DNA of 19,110 bases from Elusimicrobiota bacterium (GTDB taxonomy: Bacteria > Elusimicrobiota > Elusimicrobia > UBA1565), in NCBI GenBank assembly GCA_043819795.1, contig JBDREN010000042.1:1-19110 (forward strand), read 5' to 3'. Every line of letters begins with the position of its first letter. Position 1 is the stretch's first letter. Below, piece after piece: positions 17,869-19,110 of the stretch. The position numbers and the translations under genes are program-made. The notes under the pieces were generated by a model. That model saw only the letters and a program-made list of their open reading frames with translations, did not search any database and had not been told where the DNA came from.

Positions 17869-18022
17869 ATGGGCTCGGAAATCGGATCCTCGCTGCACAC
17901 CATGATGGCGCATCTCTACCGGGCGGGGAGAGATGAACCGAATGACGGTCTGGCGCCTGCGCCTCATGGAGACCGACTACTTCTGCCAGCCGGTTATGAG
18001 GCAACGCCGGGCCCTTATGTAA
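17869..18022 (+). pseudogene. Remnant of a DUF2270-family membrane protein gene
   Basis: Reads HTMMAHLYR, frameshift, GEMNRMTVWR joined to LRLMETDYF; both match DUF2270 motifs as I recall them. Confidence 0.6.
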
Positions 18023-18090
18023 CGCCGGGCTCCCCCCGGACACTCATTAACGGAAGAAAAAACCATCAAAGGACAGCGAGGAGGCTATAT

Positions 18091-18516
18091 ATGGAACTTA
18101 AGAAGTACTTCGACGAGAAGAAAGGCATCGGCGTGCTGGCCACGGCCGACAAGGACGGCAAGGTGGACGCCGCCGTCTACGCGCGCCCCCATGTGTTCGA
18201 GGACGGGAGCGTGGCGTTCATCACAAACGACCGTCTCACGCGGCGCAATCTCCAGTCCAACCCGCACGCCGCGTTCCTCTTCATCGAGCAGGGCGGGGAG
18301 TCTGAGGGCAAGAGGCTGTTTTTGACCAAGTTCCAGGAGGAGGCCGGGGGCAAGCTCCTCGAGGAGCTGGTGAAGAATACCCGGTGCACGGCCGAGGACT
18401 ACGGGGAGGGGCCGAAGTTCCTGGTCTATTTCAAGGTGGAGAAGGTGCTTCCCCTGATCGGGTCCGGCGAGAAGAAGAAGACCTCGGCCTGCGGGGCCGG
18501 CTGCTGCCCGAGATAG
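18091..18516 (+). CDS. Pyridoxamine 5'-phosphate oxidase-family (FMN-binding split barrel) protein
   Basis: GVLATADKDGKVDAAVYARPHV, DRLTRRNLQSNPHAAFLF, GKRLFL; GAGGAGG RBS before ATG 18091. Confidence 0.85.
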   Translation: MELKKYFDEKKGIGVLATADKDGKVDAAVYARPHVFEDGSVAFITNDRLTRRNLQSNPHAAFLFIEQGGESEGKRLFLTKFQEEAGGKLLEELVKNTRCTAEDYGEGPKFLVYFKVEKVLPLIGSGEKKKTSACGAGCCPR

Positions 18517-18538
18517 CGGATTCTTGCCCCCGACAGAC

Positions 18539-18572
18539 AGCGGGGACGGCGGCGTACGCCGCTGTCCCCGCT
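18539..18572. repeat. 34-bp near-perfect palindrome between convergent genes
   Basis: AGCGGGGAC-G-GCGGCGT/ACGCCGC-T-GTCCCCGCT, one G:T pair. Confidence 0.85.
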
Positions 18573-18604
18573 CGCCTATCCACCCCACCCCGGCTCTCAT
18601 TCGC

Positions 18605-18648
18605 CGGGTTACTCAAAGCGGTGCCAGGCACCGGCTTTGAGTAACCCG
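18605..18648. repeat. 44-bp near-perfect palindrome, possible terminator or REP-like element
   Basis: CGGGTTACTCAAAGC-GGTGCC-A-GGCACC-G-GCTTTGAGTAACCCG. Confidence 0.85.
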
Positions 18649-18649
18649 T

Positions 18650-19110
<461 letters not shown>

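Noticed and set aside
17563..18090. 317-aa ORF as a long N-terminal extension of the FMN-binding protein
   Set aside because: It overlaps the PLP enzyme gene, and a strong RBS supports ATG 18091.

Overview
High-GC bacterial window, mostly + strand. It encodes a secreted collagen/IPT/fibrinogen-like protein, ssb, a type IV (AbiE-type) toxin-antitoxin pair with a frameshifted toxin, a membrane dual-specificity phosphatase, two divergent paralogous CPBP (CAAX) proteases, two tandem recQ paralogs, yceH, uup, an N-terminally truncated class V PLP enzyme, a pyridoxamine 5'-phosphate oxidase-family protein and a partial Cys/Asp-repeat surface protein. The most notable signals are non-coding. (i) A 64-bp duplicated module with an ECF-sigma-like promoter (GGAACC-N16-CGTA) lies upstream of both ssb and the recQ pair. 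(ii) A 35/36-bp tandem hairpin array follows ssb. (iii) A 57-bp imperfect direct repeat brackets the AbiE module like a cassette. The intergenic spaces also hold several gene remnants (AspT/YidE, DUF2270). Family calls come from motif recognition by eye, not database searches.
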